Assembly (NCBI GenBank): GCA_002269645.1
Contig: NIVC01002766.1
Span: 62,001 to 126,000 of the forward strand
Length of the DNA stretch: 64,000 bases
Direction of reading: 5' to 3'
From: Macrostomum lignano
Taxonomy: Eukaryota
In this document: in pieces, positions 49,263 through 61,816 of the stretch
How the letters are laid out: the number at the start of each line of letters is the position of its first letter
Position numbering within the stretch: the first letter of the stretch is position 1
Made by a program: the position numbers and the translations under genes
The notes under the pieces: generated by a model
Seen by the model: the letters and a program-made list of their open reading frames with translations, nothing else
What the model was told of the DNA's origin: nothing
The model's database searches: none

Positions 49263-49860
49263 CAGTGGACTCAACAATAGACCTGGGCGTAACGCTAGCA
49301 GTCTGAGTCTCAACCGGATACGAGCTGCGCAGCTGAGCCGGCTGCCGCTGATTCCTCTGCTGCAGTTCCGCGATACGCTTCCACTCAAGCAGATGCGCAT
49401 CCTCGTCTTCGCAGGACAGCTGGCCGCCTTTTCCGCCGCCGCCACCACCTGCGCCACCAGCAGCGGCCGAGCAGCCGTTATTACTAGCGTTATTACTAGT
49501 GCTCAGAGCGAACGGTCTGCGATCAAACACTGGTGAAGCGGCCATGTTCACGTCGGAGTTTGCCCGCACCAGCTGGTGCACCCGGTTCGACTGCAGCGGC
49601 GGCGTTGTCGGCAACTGGCGCTGCTCGTCGGCAGGCTCCGGCGATTCAACAACTCCACCGTTGCGACGCTGCTGTGCCGTGCGGATGTTGGCGGCCTCCT
49701 CCAGTTCCTGGCATCTCACCAGCAGGCGCTCCTTCATCTCAGCTTCTTCGTTGCGCTCTTCGATGGCTTTTTTCAATGCCGCCTTTCTACGCTGACAGGC
49801 CTCAACTAGGCTGGCCTGCTCAAGCTCCACCTGGTGGAGACTGGACCGCAGCTTGTGCGC
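49263..49860 (-). CDS. NUMA1: NuMA-like exon 8 (end of coiled coil and conserved tail motif)
   Basis: CEDEDAHLLEWKRIAELQQRNQRQPAQLRSSYPVET matches NuMA CQDEPEQLDDWNRIAELQQRNRVCPPHLKTCYPLES; donor G|GTGAGT, phase 1; acceptor CCAAAG|GCG (in-frame alternative at 49830). Confidence 0.88.
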
Positions 49861-49964
49861 CTTTGGGGTGGGATGGGGCGCAAAGCAACCATGGCATAGA
49901 GAATCGTGATATGTATCAATAATCCATGCGAAAATTCACTTAATCTTCTCTCACACAGGTACAT

Positions 49965-50158
49965 AATTCCTGACACAAACCTTGAATCCCTGACACATAC
50001 CAAGAATTCCTGACACATACCAAGAATTCCTGACACAAACCAAGAATCCCTGACACATACCAAGAATCCCTGACACATACCAAGAATTCCTGACAGAAAC
50101 CAATAATCTCTGACACATTCCAAGAATCCCTGACACATGTCTAAAATCCCTGACACAA
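49965..50158. repeat. 20-bp minisatellite (CCTGACACATACCAAGAAT(T/C))
   Basis: About 10 units. Confidence 0.9.
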
Positions 50159-50178
50159 AACTAGAAACCCCGACAAAC

Positions 50179-50661
50179 CTCCGCCTTGGATGCCTTCAAC
50201 TCCTCCTCCGCAGCCTCCAGCTCTTTAGTCAGCCTATCCGTCACGGCTTTAACCTCGCGTTGAACTTCTTCGCGGGCAGCTGCCGAGGCGCGCAGCTCGG
50301 CGCCGCTGCGCTGCCGATTGCTTCGATACTGCAGCTCCTGCAGCTGGTCCTGCAGCTCGGCCAGCTCCAGCTCCGACTTCGTTCGCAACTCGCGCAGCTT
50401 GTTGGCCGCTTCGGACTCCGCCTGCAGCCGATCGCTAGTGGTCGCGAGTTCGCGTCGGAGCCTGGCCGATTCGCGCTGCAACTCGTCCTGCTGGCTGGCC
50501 GCCAAGGCCAACCGATTGGACAGGCGATCGATCTCGGCATCTCGGCTGAGCAGCTCGTCTTCGCAATCGGCCAGGCGGCGCTGAAGGCTCTCGACTTTGC
50601 GCTGGGCTCGGTCGCGTTCCATGGCGATCGATTCCGACGCCTGCTCGGCCGCTTGGCGGGC
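50179..50661 (-). CDS. NUMA1: NuMA-like exon 7 (coiled coil)
   Basis: GCACAG|GCC ... GAG|GTTTGT; 161 codons; E/A/R/L heptads. Confidence 0.85.
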
Positions 50662-50789
50662 CTGTGCGAGGTTATTATGATTTATGATCAGGTATTGTTT
50701 GCGTTTGGAGTTTCCAGCATTGCATTTTTAGCTCAGGTTTTGCTCCATAGACTTTTTTGGCGCCATCCTGACGCCTTTTACAGGGCCAT

Positions 50790-52260
50790 TCTGACATTTC
50801 TCAGCTTCATTCTGACACATTTCTCAGCTTCATTCTGACACATTTCTCAGCTTCATTCTGACACATTTCTCAGCTTTATTCTGACACATTTCTCAGCTTC
50901 ATTCTGACACGTTTCTGAGCTTCATCCTGACACAATTCTCAGCTTCATCTTGACACATTTTTAAGCGCCATCCTGACACATTTCTCAGCTTCATTCTGAC
51001 ACATTTCTGAGCTTCATTCTGACACATTTCTGAGCTTCATTCTGACACATTTCTCAGCTTCATTCTGACTCATTTCTCAGCTTCATTCTGACACATTTCT
51101 CAGCTTCATTCTGACACATTTCTCAGCTTCATTCTGACACATTTCTCAGCTTCATTCTGACACATTTCTCAGCTTTATTCCGACACATTTCTCAGCTTCA
51201 TTCTGACACGTTTCTGAGCTTCATCCTGACACAATTCTCAGCTTCATCTGGACACATTTTTAAGCGCCATCCTGACACATTTCTCAGCTTCATTCTGACA
51301 CATTTCTCAGCTTCATTCTGACACATTTCTCAGCTTCATTCTGACACATTTTTCAGCTTCATTCTGACACATTTCTCAGCTTCATTCTGACACATTTCTC
51401 AGCTTCATTCTGACACATTTCTCAGCTTCATTCTGACACATTTCTCAGCTTTATTCCGACACATTTCTCAGCTTCATTCTGACACGTTTCTGAGCTTCAT
51501 CCTGACACAATTCTCAGCTTCATCTGGACACATTTTTAAGCGCCATCCTGACACATTTCTCAGCTTCATTCTGACACATTTCTCAGCTTCATTCTGACAC
51601 ATTTCTCAGCTTCATTCTGACACATTTTTCAGCTTCATTCTGACACATTTCTCAGCTTCATTCTGACACATTTTGCAGCTTCATTCTGACAAATTTCGCA
51701 GCTTCATTCTGATAAATTTCGCAGCTTCATTCTGACACATTTCTGAGCTTCATTCTGACACATTTCTCAGCTTCATTCTGACACATTTCTGAGCTTCATT
51801 CTGACACATTTCTGAGCTTCATTCTGACACATTTTTCAGCTTCATTCTGACAAATTTCGCAGCTTCATTCTGACACATTTCTGAGCTTCATTCTGACACA
51901 TTTCTCAGCTTCATTCTGACACATTTTCAGCTTCATTCTGACACATTTCTCAGCTTCATTCTGACACATTTCTCAGCTTCATTCTGACACATTTCTGAGC
52001 TTCATTCTGACACATTTCTCAGCTTCATTCTGACACATTTCTCAGCTTCATTCTGACACATTTCTCAGCTTCATCCTGACACATTTCTCAGCTTCATTCT
52101 GACACATTTCTCAGCTTCATTCTGACACATTTTTCAGCTTCATTCTGACACATTTCTCAGCTTCATTCTGACACATTTCTCAGCTTCATTCTGACACATT
52201 TCTCAGCTTCATTCTGACACATTTCTCAGCTTCATCCTGACACCTTTTTAGCTTTATTCT
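50790..52260. repeat. 23-bp minisatellite (CTGACACATTTCTCAGCTTCATT)
   Basis: About 64 units; a distinctive variant block recurs near 50905, 51205 and 51480. Confidence 0.96.
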
Positions 52261-52339
52261 GACAAATCTTTTATCGCCTTAACCCTGTGACACACTAACA
52301 CGAGCGTAAAAGCAATCCTCCAATTATAAATCAGCTCAC

Positions 52340-52726
52340 TTTGACGATCTCAGCGTCAACCCTCGCCTTCTCCTCCGTCGCGGTGTCCAGCAGGGCCTCC
52401 CGCTCAGCCAGGCGTTTGTCCTTCTCAGACAGGCTGTCGCGCATCAGGCGCAGCTCCTCCTGGAGATCTTTGCATCGGCGCTCGAGATTTTCGGCCAGCC
52501 GGCGAGAGTCCAACAGTTCGGCGCTGGGTTCGGGTTCGGCGGCGGCGGCTGCCGTAGCGGCTGCGGCAGCGGCGTCGGCTTCCAGTTGACAGATTCGCTC
52601 TTTGGCATTGTCGAGTTCGCATTGGATGTTGGTGAGCTCGCCTTCGAGTCGGAGTTGATTGTCCGCGGCGATCACCTGCTGGGCTTCCAGCTGCTCGTGC
52701 AGGTCCGCAACTTTGCGTTGATTGGC
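52340..52726 (-). CDS. NUMA1: NuMA-like exon 6 (coiled coil)
   Basis: TCTCCAG|GCC ... AAA|GTGAGC; 129 codons. Confidence 0.85.
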
Positions 52727-52789
52727 CTGGAGATGTTGGGGATTTTGTTGAATTGAGTTGTGGGAGTATGAGTGCTTTGAATATTCTGA

Positions 52790-55672
52790 GCTGCACAATG
52801 GGGATATTCCAAACTACACAATGGGATATTCCAAGCTACACAATGGGATATTCTAAGCTACACAATGGGATATTCCAAGCTACACAATGGGATATTCTAA
52901 GCTACACAATGGGATATTCCAAACTACACAATGGGATATTCCAAGCTACACAATGGGATATTCCAAGCTACACAATGGGATATTCCAAGCTACACAATGG
53001 GATATTCCAAGCTACACAATGGGATATTCTAAGCTACACAATGGGATATTCTAAGCTACACCATGGGATATTCCAAGCTACACAATGGGATATTCTAAGC
53101 TACACAATGGGATATTCTAAGCTACACAATGGGATATTCCAAGCTACACAATGGGGATATTCTAAGCTACACAATGGGATATTCCAAGCTACACAATGAA
53201 GATATTCCAAACTACACAATGGGATATTCCAAGCTACACAATGGGATATTCCAAGCTACACAATGGGATATTCGAAGCTACACAATGGGATATTCCAAGC
53301 TACACAATGGGATATTCCAAGCTACACAATGAAGATATTCCAAGCTACACAATGAAGATATTCCAAGCTACACAATGGGATATTCCAAGCTACACAATGG
53401 GATATTCCAAGCTACACAATGGGATATTCCAAGCTACACAATGAAGATATTCCAAGCTACACAATGAAGATATTCCAAGCTACACAATGGGATATTCCAA
53501 GCTACACAATGGGATATTCCAAGCTACACAATGGGATATTCCAAGCTACACAATGGGATATTCCAAGCTACACAATGGGATATTCCAAGCTACACAATGG
53601 GATATTCCAAGCTACACAATGGGATATTCCGAGCTACACAATGGGATATTCCAAGCTACACAATGGGATATTCCAAGCTACACAATGGGATATTCCAAGC
53701 TACACAATGAAGATATTCCAAGCTACACAATGAAGATATTCCAAGCTACACAATGGGATATTCCAAGCTACACAATGGGATATTCCAAGCTACACAATGG
53801 GATATTCCAAGCTACACAATGGGATATTCCAAGCTACACAATGGGATATTCCAAGCTACACAATGGGATATTCCAAGCTACACAATGGGATATTCTAAGC
53901 TACACAATGGGATATTCCAAACTACACAATGGGATATTCCAAGCTACACAATGGGATATTCCAAGCTACACAATGGGATATTCCAAGCTACACAATGGGA
54001 TATTCCAAGCTACACAATGGGATATTCTAAGCTACACAATGGGATATTCTAAGCTACACAATGGGATATTCCAAGCTACACAATGAAGATATTCCAAGCT
54101 ACACAATGGGATATTCCAAGCTACACAATGGGATATTCCAAGCTACACAATGGGATATTCCAAGCTACACAATGGGATATTCCAAGCTACACAATGGGAT
54201 ATTCCAAGCTACACAATGGGATATTCCAAGCTACACAATGGGATATTCCAAGCTACACAATGGGATATTCCAAGCTACACAATGGGATATTCCAAGCTAC
54301 ACAATGGGATATTCTAAGCTACACAATGGGATATTCCAAACTACACAATGGGATATTCCAAGCTACACAATGGGATATTCCAAGCTACACAATGGGATAT
54401 TCCAAGCTACACAATGGGATATTCCAAGCTACACAATGGGATATTCCAAGCTACACAATGGGATATTCTAAGCTACACAATGGGATATTCTAAGCTACAC
54501 AATGGGATATTCTAAGCTACACAATGGGATATTCTAAGCTACACAATGGGATATTCCAAGCTACACAATGGGGATATTCTAAGCTACACAATGGGATATT
54601 CCAAGCTACACAATGAAGATATTCCAAACTACACAATGGGATATTCCAAGCTACACAATGGGATATTCCAAGCTACACAATGGTTATATTCCAAGCTACA
54701 CAATGGGATATTCCAAGCTACACAATGGGATATTCCAAGCTACACAATGGGATATTCCAAGCTACACAATGGGATATTCCAAGCTACACAATGGGATATT
54801 CCAAGCTACACAATGAAGATATTCCAAGCTACACAATGGGATATTCCAAGCTACACAATGGGATATTCCAAGCTACACAATGGGATATTCCGAAGCTACA
54901 CAATGGGATATTCCAAGCTACACAATGAAGATATTCCAAGCTACACAATGAAGATATTCCAAGCTACACAATGGGATATTCCAAGCTACACAATGGGATA
55001 TTCTAAGCTACACAATGGGATATTCCAAACTACACAATGGGATATTCCAAGCTACACAATGGGATATTCCAAGCTACACAATGGGATATTCCAAGCTACA
55101 CAATGGGATATTCCAAGCTACACAATGGGATATTCTAAGCTACACAATGGGATATTCTAAGCTACACAATGGGATATTCCAAGCTACACAATGGGATATT
55201 CTAAGCTACACAATGGGATATTCTAAGCTACACAATGGGATATTCCAAGCTACACAATGGGGATATTCTAAGCTACACAATGGGATATTCCAAGCTACAC
55301 AATGGATATTCCAAGCTACACAATGGGATATTCCAAGCTACACAATGGGATATTCCAAGCTACACAATGGTTATATTCCAAGCTACACAATGGGATATTC
55401 CAAACTACACAATGGGATATTCCAAGCTACACAATGGGATATTCCAAGCTACACAATGGGATATTCCAAGCTACACAATGGGATATTCCAAGCTACACAA
55501 TGAAGATATTCCAAGCTACACAATGGGATATTCCAAGCTACACAATGGGATATTCCAAGCTACACAATGGGATATTCCAAGCTACACAATGGGATATTCC
55601 AAGCTACACAATGAGATATTCCAAACTACACAATGGGATATTCCAAACTACACAATGGGATATTCCAAACTA
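52790..55672. repeat. 22-bp minisatellite (GGGATATTCCAAGCTACACAAT)
   Basis: About 130 units; runs to within about 10 nt of the exon 5 donor. Confidence 0.97.
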
Positions 55673-55681
55673 CAAGCTCAC

Positions 55682-56161
55682 CTTAGCCGCAGCATCGTAC
55701 GCAGCCTTCAAGTCGGCCAGCTCAGCCAGGGCCTGATCTCTGGCAGCGCGTAATCCTTCAGCGAATTGGCGCTTCTCATTTAGCGCCGATTCGAATTCGG
55801 CGCGCGCTTCAGCTTGGCGCCGGTCGGCGTCCTCCATAGCGGCGGCGCAGCGCTCCCTGGTGTCGTGAGCCTCCTGACTGCCTGCTTGCCGGGCCAATTG
55901 AAGCTCTTCAACAGTGTGCGCCAGCTCGGCGGCCAGCTGATCCCGATCCTGCTCAAGGCAACGCTTCACTTCGTCTAGTTCGCGTTCTCGAGTTTCGAAG
56001 TTTTTGCGCGAATTAGCCAGCTCTGCTTTGACCGACGCTAGGGCCGTTTTGTGCTCCTCGGCCTGCATAAGCAGCTCGGTTTGTAACTCTTTCACTCGTT
56101 CGTTGGCGCTGTCCAACTGCGATTCCACGAACTTGTAGGCCTCTTGCATTTGTTCAATGAG
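55682..56161 (-). CDS. NUMA1: NuMA-like exon 5 (coiled coil)
   Basis: CTTGCAG|CTC ... AAG|GTGAGC; 160 codons. Confidence 0.85.
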
Positions 56162-56269
56162 CTGCAAGCGTGTGTTGTGTGTTGTGTATGGCTTAGTGAC
56201 GTATGAGCCACACTTGCCCGGGTGACATGTTGGCGGCAGATAAAGTGGGATTTGCATCGAAGGAAGGAA

Positions 56270-56533
56270 GGGGAAACATTGTGAAGGGAGATTGTGAAGG
56301 GAGAGAGAAGGTGATAAAGAGAGGGAGATAAAAGCGAGGGTAAAGATGGTGATGCGAGGGGAAAGATGATGGAAGGGAGGGGAAAGATAATGGAAGGAGG
56401 AAGATGATAGTAGGGGAAGAAGACCAACGGAGAGGAAAGATGGTAAAGGGAGGGGAAAGATGGTAAAGGGAGGGGAAAGATGGTAAAGGGAGGGGACAGA
56501 TGGTAAAGTTAGGGGAAATATGGTAAAGGGAGG
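56270..56533. repeat. Left arm of the 20-bp purine array (GGGAGGGGAAAGATGGTAAA), degenerate leftward
   Basis: Same unit as 57526-58352. Confidence 0.85.
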
Positions 56534-57525
56534 TGTAGTGAGCCGCTAGTTTATGGTTAGGCGTCGCCCTTGTCAGCTGTTCCCTCGCCTTCGCCCTGGG
56601 TTGCTGTCTGCCGCTGGTCAGCTTCCCGCCCCTCCCTTTCGTCTGTCTGCTGCTGCCCTTGGCCTGTTCTGGCCTTTTGCGTCTTTGTTCTCAGCCCTTA
56701 GCTTCTCTGCTGTGGGCTGTCTCTGTTTCGTTCCCGTCCCGTTTTCCTCTGTCATGTGAGCAAGTCACATGACAGACTCTGCGTTCTTCAAGTCCTAAAG
56801 TGCAGTAAACATGTTTACTGCACTCGTTGGCCCTGTTTACCGGGTGAGTCACGTGCTTTCGGACCCCTCCCTTCTCTAAGGAGAGGAGTGACTCATGTTG
56901 CTAAAAATAGCAACTGAGTCACAGCCGCGTGTACTCTGGCCGGGGACCTCAAGTGACGTCAGTTCTAAAAATAGAACAAGTCACGAGGTCTTCCGCACGC
57001 TTCTACCCTGCCCAAGACTCTCGAGTGACGTCAGTTCTAAAAATAGAACGAGTCACGAGGTCTTCTGCGTGGGTGTTTCCCGGCTATAAATAGGAGCCCT
57101 CTCCCCCTTGTTTCCGTCAAGGAGTCTTTTCTGTGTCTAGTTCTGTGCTAGTCTTGTTCTTCCGTGTGATTACGTCCCGAGTGTCTGAGTCTCTGCATAC
57201 ATTGAGTCTGTTCGTATTGGTCTGACTGAGACCCGACTAAAGCGCCACAAGCCTACGAGAGACTAACTCAGCCCTCCCTCTGCCATCCAAGCCCGGCAGG
57301 TACGGCTGACGAGACGCCTAGTACGTTGAACTGCAAATCTGCACTAGGTGCTGTGTTCGTTGACTTCGTTATTTCGTTCCGACGGGAAGCTCACCTCACT
57401 GAAGGCCGAGACCTGAAGGAACTGGTGGCAGCACTACCTACGCTACTAAAGTTAAGAAGGCTTCTAATCGAGAGGACGGAGCCCAAGTCACTGCGCTGTA
57501 CAGCAGGACAACCACAGGTACAACA
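56534..57525 (+). mobile_element. Solo LTR, 992 bp, probably Ty3/Gypsy-type, inserted in a minisatellite, antisense to NUMA1
   Basis: Starts TGTAGT, ends ACAACA; 4-bp TSD GAGG at 56530-56533 and 57526-57529, and removing it restores the repeat unit; TATAAA at 57085-57090; no internal coding region. Confidence 0.82.
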
Positions 57526-58352
57526 GAGGGGAAAGATGGTAAAGGGAGAGTAGAGATGGTAAAGGGAGGGGAAAGATGGTAAAGGGAGTGGAAAGATGGT
57601 CAAGGGAGTGGAAAGATGGTAAAGGGAGTGGAAAGATGGTAAAGGGAGGGGAAAGACGGTAAAGGGAGGGGAAAGACGGTAAAGGGAGGGGAAAGATGGT
57701 AAATGGAGGGGAAATATGGTAAAGGGAGGGGAAAGACGGTATAGGGAGGTGAAAGATGGTAAAGGGAGGTGAAAGATGGTAAAGGGAGGTGAAAGATGGT
57801 AAAGGGAGGTGAAAGATGGTAAAGGGAGGGGACAGATGGTAAAGGGAGGGGAAAGATGGTAAAGGGAGTGGAAAGATGGTAAAGGGAGGGAAAAGATGGT
57901 AAAGGGAGGGGACAGATGGTAAAGGGAGTGGAAAGATAATAAAGGGAGGGGAAAGATGGTAAAGGGAGGTGAAAGATGGTAAAGGGAGTGGAAAGATGGT
58001 AAAGGGAGGTGAAAGATGGTAAAGGGAGGGGACAGATGGTAAAGGGAGGGGAAAGATGGTAAAGGGAGTGGAAAGATGGTAAAGGGAGTGGAAAGATGGT
58101 AAAGGGAGGGGAAAGACGGTAAAGGGAGGAGAAAGACGGTAAAGGGAGGGGAAAGATGGTAAAGGGAGGGGCAAGACGGTAAAGGGAGGGGAAAGATGGT
58201 AAAGGGAGGGGAAAGATGGTAAAGGGAGGGGAAAGATGGTAAAGGGAGTGGAAAGATGGTAAAGGGAGGGGAAAGACGGTAAAGGGAGGGGAAAGATGGT
58301 AAAGGGAGGGGAAAGATGGTAAAGGGAGGGGAAAGATGGTAAAGGGAGGTGA
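57526..58352. repeat. Right arm of the 20-bp purine array (GGGAGGGGAAAGATGGTAAA)
   Basis: About 41 units, period 20. Confidence 0.96.
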
Positions 58353-58421
58353 GGGGAACCAATGTAAAAGTGAGCAATAGGATCAACAATCAATTCCAGC
58401 AGATCCGCAGGCGTCACTCAC

Positions 58422-59088
58422 AGTTTTAGTTCTCTCAAACTGCTTCTCCAGCCGTTCCACACTGGTAGTCCTATTTTTCATTTCGGTCAGCGCGGCATCC
58501 TTAGCGGCCGTCTCGGCCTCCAGTTTGCTGGCCAACTCCCGCAGCCTGTCAGCTTCAGCCTGCAGATCGGCAACCCGATCGTTGGCAGCGGAAGCCTCCA
58601 ACTGAGCAGCGTCCAGTTGGAGCTCCTTGCTGGCCAGCTCCTTGCGCAAGTTGTTCATTGTAGACTCGATAGAGGCGACAGATTTCTTAGCGGCCGCTTC
58701 GCGATCGGCGGCTGCATTCTCGGCGGCCTGCTTGATTTTCTCTGCCTCTTCCAATGCCTCCTTGGAGGTGGCGTCGGCTTCAAGGCGAATCTGCAGCATC
58801 TCCATCCGCGCGATGCCCAAATCAGCGTCCAGCTTGTTTCGTTCCTCGCGAACTTTGGCGGCATCAGCTCTGGCTGCTTCCAACTCCTGTTCCAAGTAGT
58901 AGATCTTCTTCTCCGTGACGCCGAACAGGGTCTCGGCCGAGTCTGGCTCGGCCGCCGCAGCCATGGCCGAATCGTCCAATCTGGAGCTCATCTCGGCCAG
59001 CTGTTGGCGCATCTCGGCGCAACGGCGCTCGGCCGCCTCGGCCGAATCTTGGGCCTCCTTTTTGGCCTGCAACAGCCGGTTGATTTCG
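58422..59088 (-). CDS. NUMA1: NuMA-like exon 4 (coiled coil)
   Basis: CCCACAG|C (phase 2) ... ACT|GTGAGT; 667 nt. Confidence 0.85.
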
Positions 59089-59111
59089 CTGTGGGGGGGG
59101 GGGTAGGCGGC

Positions 59112-59850
59112 GATGATTCTCATGCATACCGTGAGATTTTGTGATGATTCTCATGTATACAGTGAGATTTTGTGATGATTCTCATGTATACAGTGAGATT
59201 TTGTGATGATTCTCATGTATACAGTGAGATTTTGTGATGATTCTCATGCATACAGTGATATTTTGTGATGATTCTCATGCATACCGTGAGATTTTGTGAT
59301 GATTCTCATGCATACCGTGAAATTTTGTGATGATTCTCATGTATACAATGAGATTTTGTGATGATTCTTAATGTTCTCATGTATACACTGAGATTATGTA
59401 ATGATTCTCATGCATACAGTGAGATTTTGCGATGATTCTCATGTATACAGTGAGATTTTGTGATGATTCTTATGTATACAGTGAGATTTTGTGATGATTC
59501 TCATATAAACAGTGAGATTTTGTGATGATTCTCATGTATACAGTGAGATTTTGTGATGATTCTTATGTATACAGTGAGATTTTGTGATGATTCTCATATA
59601 CACAGTGAGATTTTGTGATGATCCTCATGTATACAGTGAGATTTTGTGATGATTCTTATGTATACAGTGAGATTTTGTGATGATTCTCATATACACAGTG
59701 AGATTTTGTGATGATTCTTATGTATACAGTGAGATTTTGTGATGATCCTCGTGTATACAGTGAGATTTTGTGATGATTCTCATATACACAGTGAGATTTT
59801 GTGATGATTCTCATGCATACCGTGAGATTTTGTGATGATTCTCATGTATA
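59112..59850. repeat. 31-bp minisatellite (CTCATGTATACAGTGAGATTTTGTGATGATT)
   Basis: About 23 units filling almost the whole intron. Confidence 0.95.
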
Positions 59851-59896
59851 GTCGGTGTGATTTTGATATGCCAATTAACTATAGCCGAATACTCAC

Positions 59897-60249
59897 GAAT
59901 TAGCGCGCATCAACTCGTCAGTGAGGTGTCCAACGTGCTCTTCGGCTTCCCGTCGAGTACAGCTGCCCTGCCTGTTGGCCTGCAGTCGTTCCAGCGTCGC
60001 TTTCATCGCCTCCCGTTCGTGCATCAGCCTGTCGAACTCCTGCTCCAGGTAGCTGTACCGATCGGCATACCGGCTCATCTCTTGAAGCGACTCGGTCACG
60101 TGACCCAGCTGCTCGGCCTGCTCAGCTAATCGACGATTTTCCTCTCGCAGCTCGGCCAGTTCGTTTGATTGGTGGCCGAGCTCGGACCGGCTGCGGCGGA
60201 GACGGTCTTCCAGATCGGAGCAGTCGCGCTCCCGTCTGGCCAGCTGGTT
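59897..60249 (-). CDS. NUMA1: NuMA-like exon 3 (coiled coil)
   Basis: ATCGCAG|AAC ... TC|GTGAGT (phase 2); 353 nt. Confidence 0.85.
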
Positions 60250-60369
60250 CTGCGATGCGCATGAGAATGAATAAAAATACCAACGCAAAGGTAATTCTGC
60301 CGATTCTTTTTGACTCCTGAACACATTACATGCGCGCCAATGCTGTACTCATAGAAACGCTCAGAGCTG

Positions 60370-60810
60370 GTGAAGGGAGGGGAAAGATGATAAAGAGGGG
60401 TAAAGATTATGAAGGGAGAAAGATGATTAAGGGAAAGATGTTTAAGGGAGAAGAAAGATGATTAAGGGAGAAAGATGATTAAGGGAGAAAGATGATTAAG
60501 GGAGAAGAAAGATAATTAAAGGAGAAGAAAGATGCTTAAGGGAGGAGAAAAGATGATTAAGGGAGGGAAAGATGATTAAGGGAGGAGAAAGATGATCAAG
60601 GGAGGAGAAAGATGATCAAGGGAGGAGAAAGATGATTAAGGGAGGGAAAGATAATTAAGGGAGAAAGATGATCAAGGGAGGAGAAAGATGCTTAAGGGAG
60701 GGAAAGATTATTAAGGTAGAGAAAGATTGTGAAGGCAGGGGAAAGATACTGAAGGGAGGATAACGATGATGAAGGGAGGGGAAGATTGTGAAGAGAGGTG
60801 AAAGATGATG
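60370..60810. repeat. Degenerate purine-rich repeat of about 21 bp (AAGGGAGGAGAAAGATGATT)
   Basis: Related to the 20-bp unit in intron 4. Confidence 0.85.
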
Positions 60811-60824
60811 AAGTAAGCACAGCG

Positions 60825-61010
60825 GTGTACAGCTCACACAGGGTGTACAGCTCACACAGGGTGTACAGCTCACACAGGGTGTACAGCTCACACAGGGTGT
60901 ACAGCTCACACAGGGTGTACAGCTCACACAGGGTGTACAGCTCACACAAGGTGTACAGCTCAGGCAGGGTGTACAGGTCACACAGGGTGTAGAGCTCACA
61001 CAGGGTGTAG
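60825..61010. repeat. 18-bp minisatellite (GGGTGTACAGCTCACACA)
   Basis: About 10 units. Confidence 0.93.
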
Positions 61011-61075
61011 AGCGACCCTTTGACTTTTTAATCAGGGTGCCCACATGGGTTGTAGAAACATTAATAACAGCAAAC

Positions 61076-61648
61076 CTGAGCATCAAGCAGCTGCTGCTCG
61101 AGCATGTCCTTCATAGTCATCTCCGACTGCAGCCGATGATTCAATTGTTGAATCGCCTCCGACTCGGCAGTCGATGCCGTCCATGTCGCCGCCGCGGAAG
61201 TTGACATAGACACCGAGCCAGCTACCGAGTTCCTCTGTCGGCAGCGTCGGCGAACCAGAGGCGAAGCGGCCAGGTGCAGCTTCAGCGGTGAGCAGGTAGC
61301 GGCAGTGGCAGCGTCCAGAGACCCGCCAGTTGGACCAGCGGCAGCAGCGGCGGCCGCAGCGGCGGAAGCAGCCGACGGGAACAGCACCCGAGCCAGTTGA
61401 GGACTAGCCGAAGACTTCTCCGCTGCTGCACCAGGATGATCTTCATCGTCAGCGGTAGAATCCGTGTGCAAAGCTCGAAGCTGATCCAGGCTTAGGCAGC
61501 CGTCCTCGGTGTCTAACAGCTGTCGGGTTAGCGACATCACAGTGCGCTGACTGGCTGCGCCAAGGCGGTCGGCCGCGGCGGCCACGCGAGCCTGCGAGCT
61601 GCCTGTCTGCAGCCAGGCGCCCAGCAACAGCAGGCAGAGGCGCAGGGC
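61076..61648 (-). CDS. NUMA1: NuMA-like exon 2 (end of the N-terminal hook/CH-like domain and linker)
   Basis: GCACGCAG|GCC ... CAG|GTTTGC; QLLDTEDGCLSLDQL resembles NuMA FVLDHEDGLNLNEDL; 191 codons. Confidence 0.82.
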
Positions 61649-61816
61649 CTGCGTGCATATTTAATCCGTTAGTTCTGAACTGACTCCCACTGACTCACAA
61701 GGAATCCCACTTACTCACTAGTAATCCCACTGACTCATTCACTGGGAATCCCACTGATTCACTCATTAGGAATCCCACTGACCAAAATAAGCTAAACAGA
61801 TCCCATAAAATCTTAC

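Noticed and set aside
48072-49306. 390-aa and 365-aa L/S/P/F-rich ORFs
   Set aside because: Translations of CT-rich low-complexity DNA on the strand opposite NUMA1
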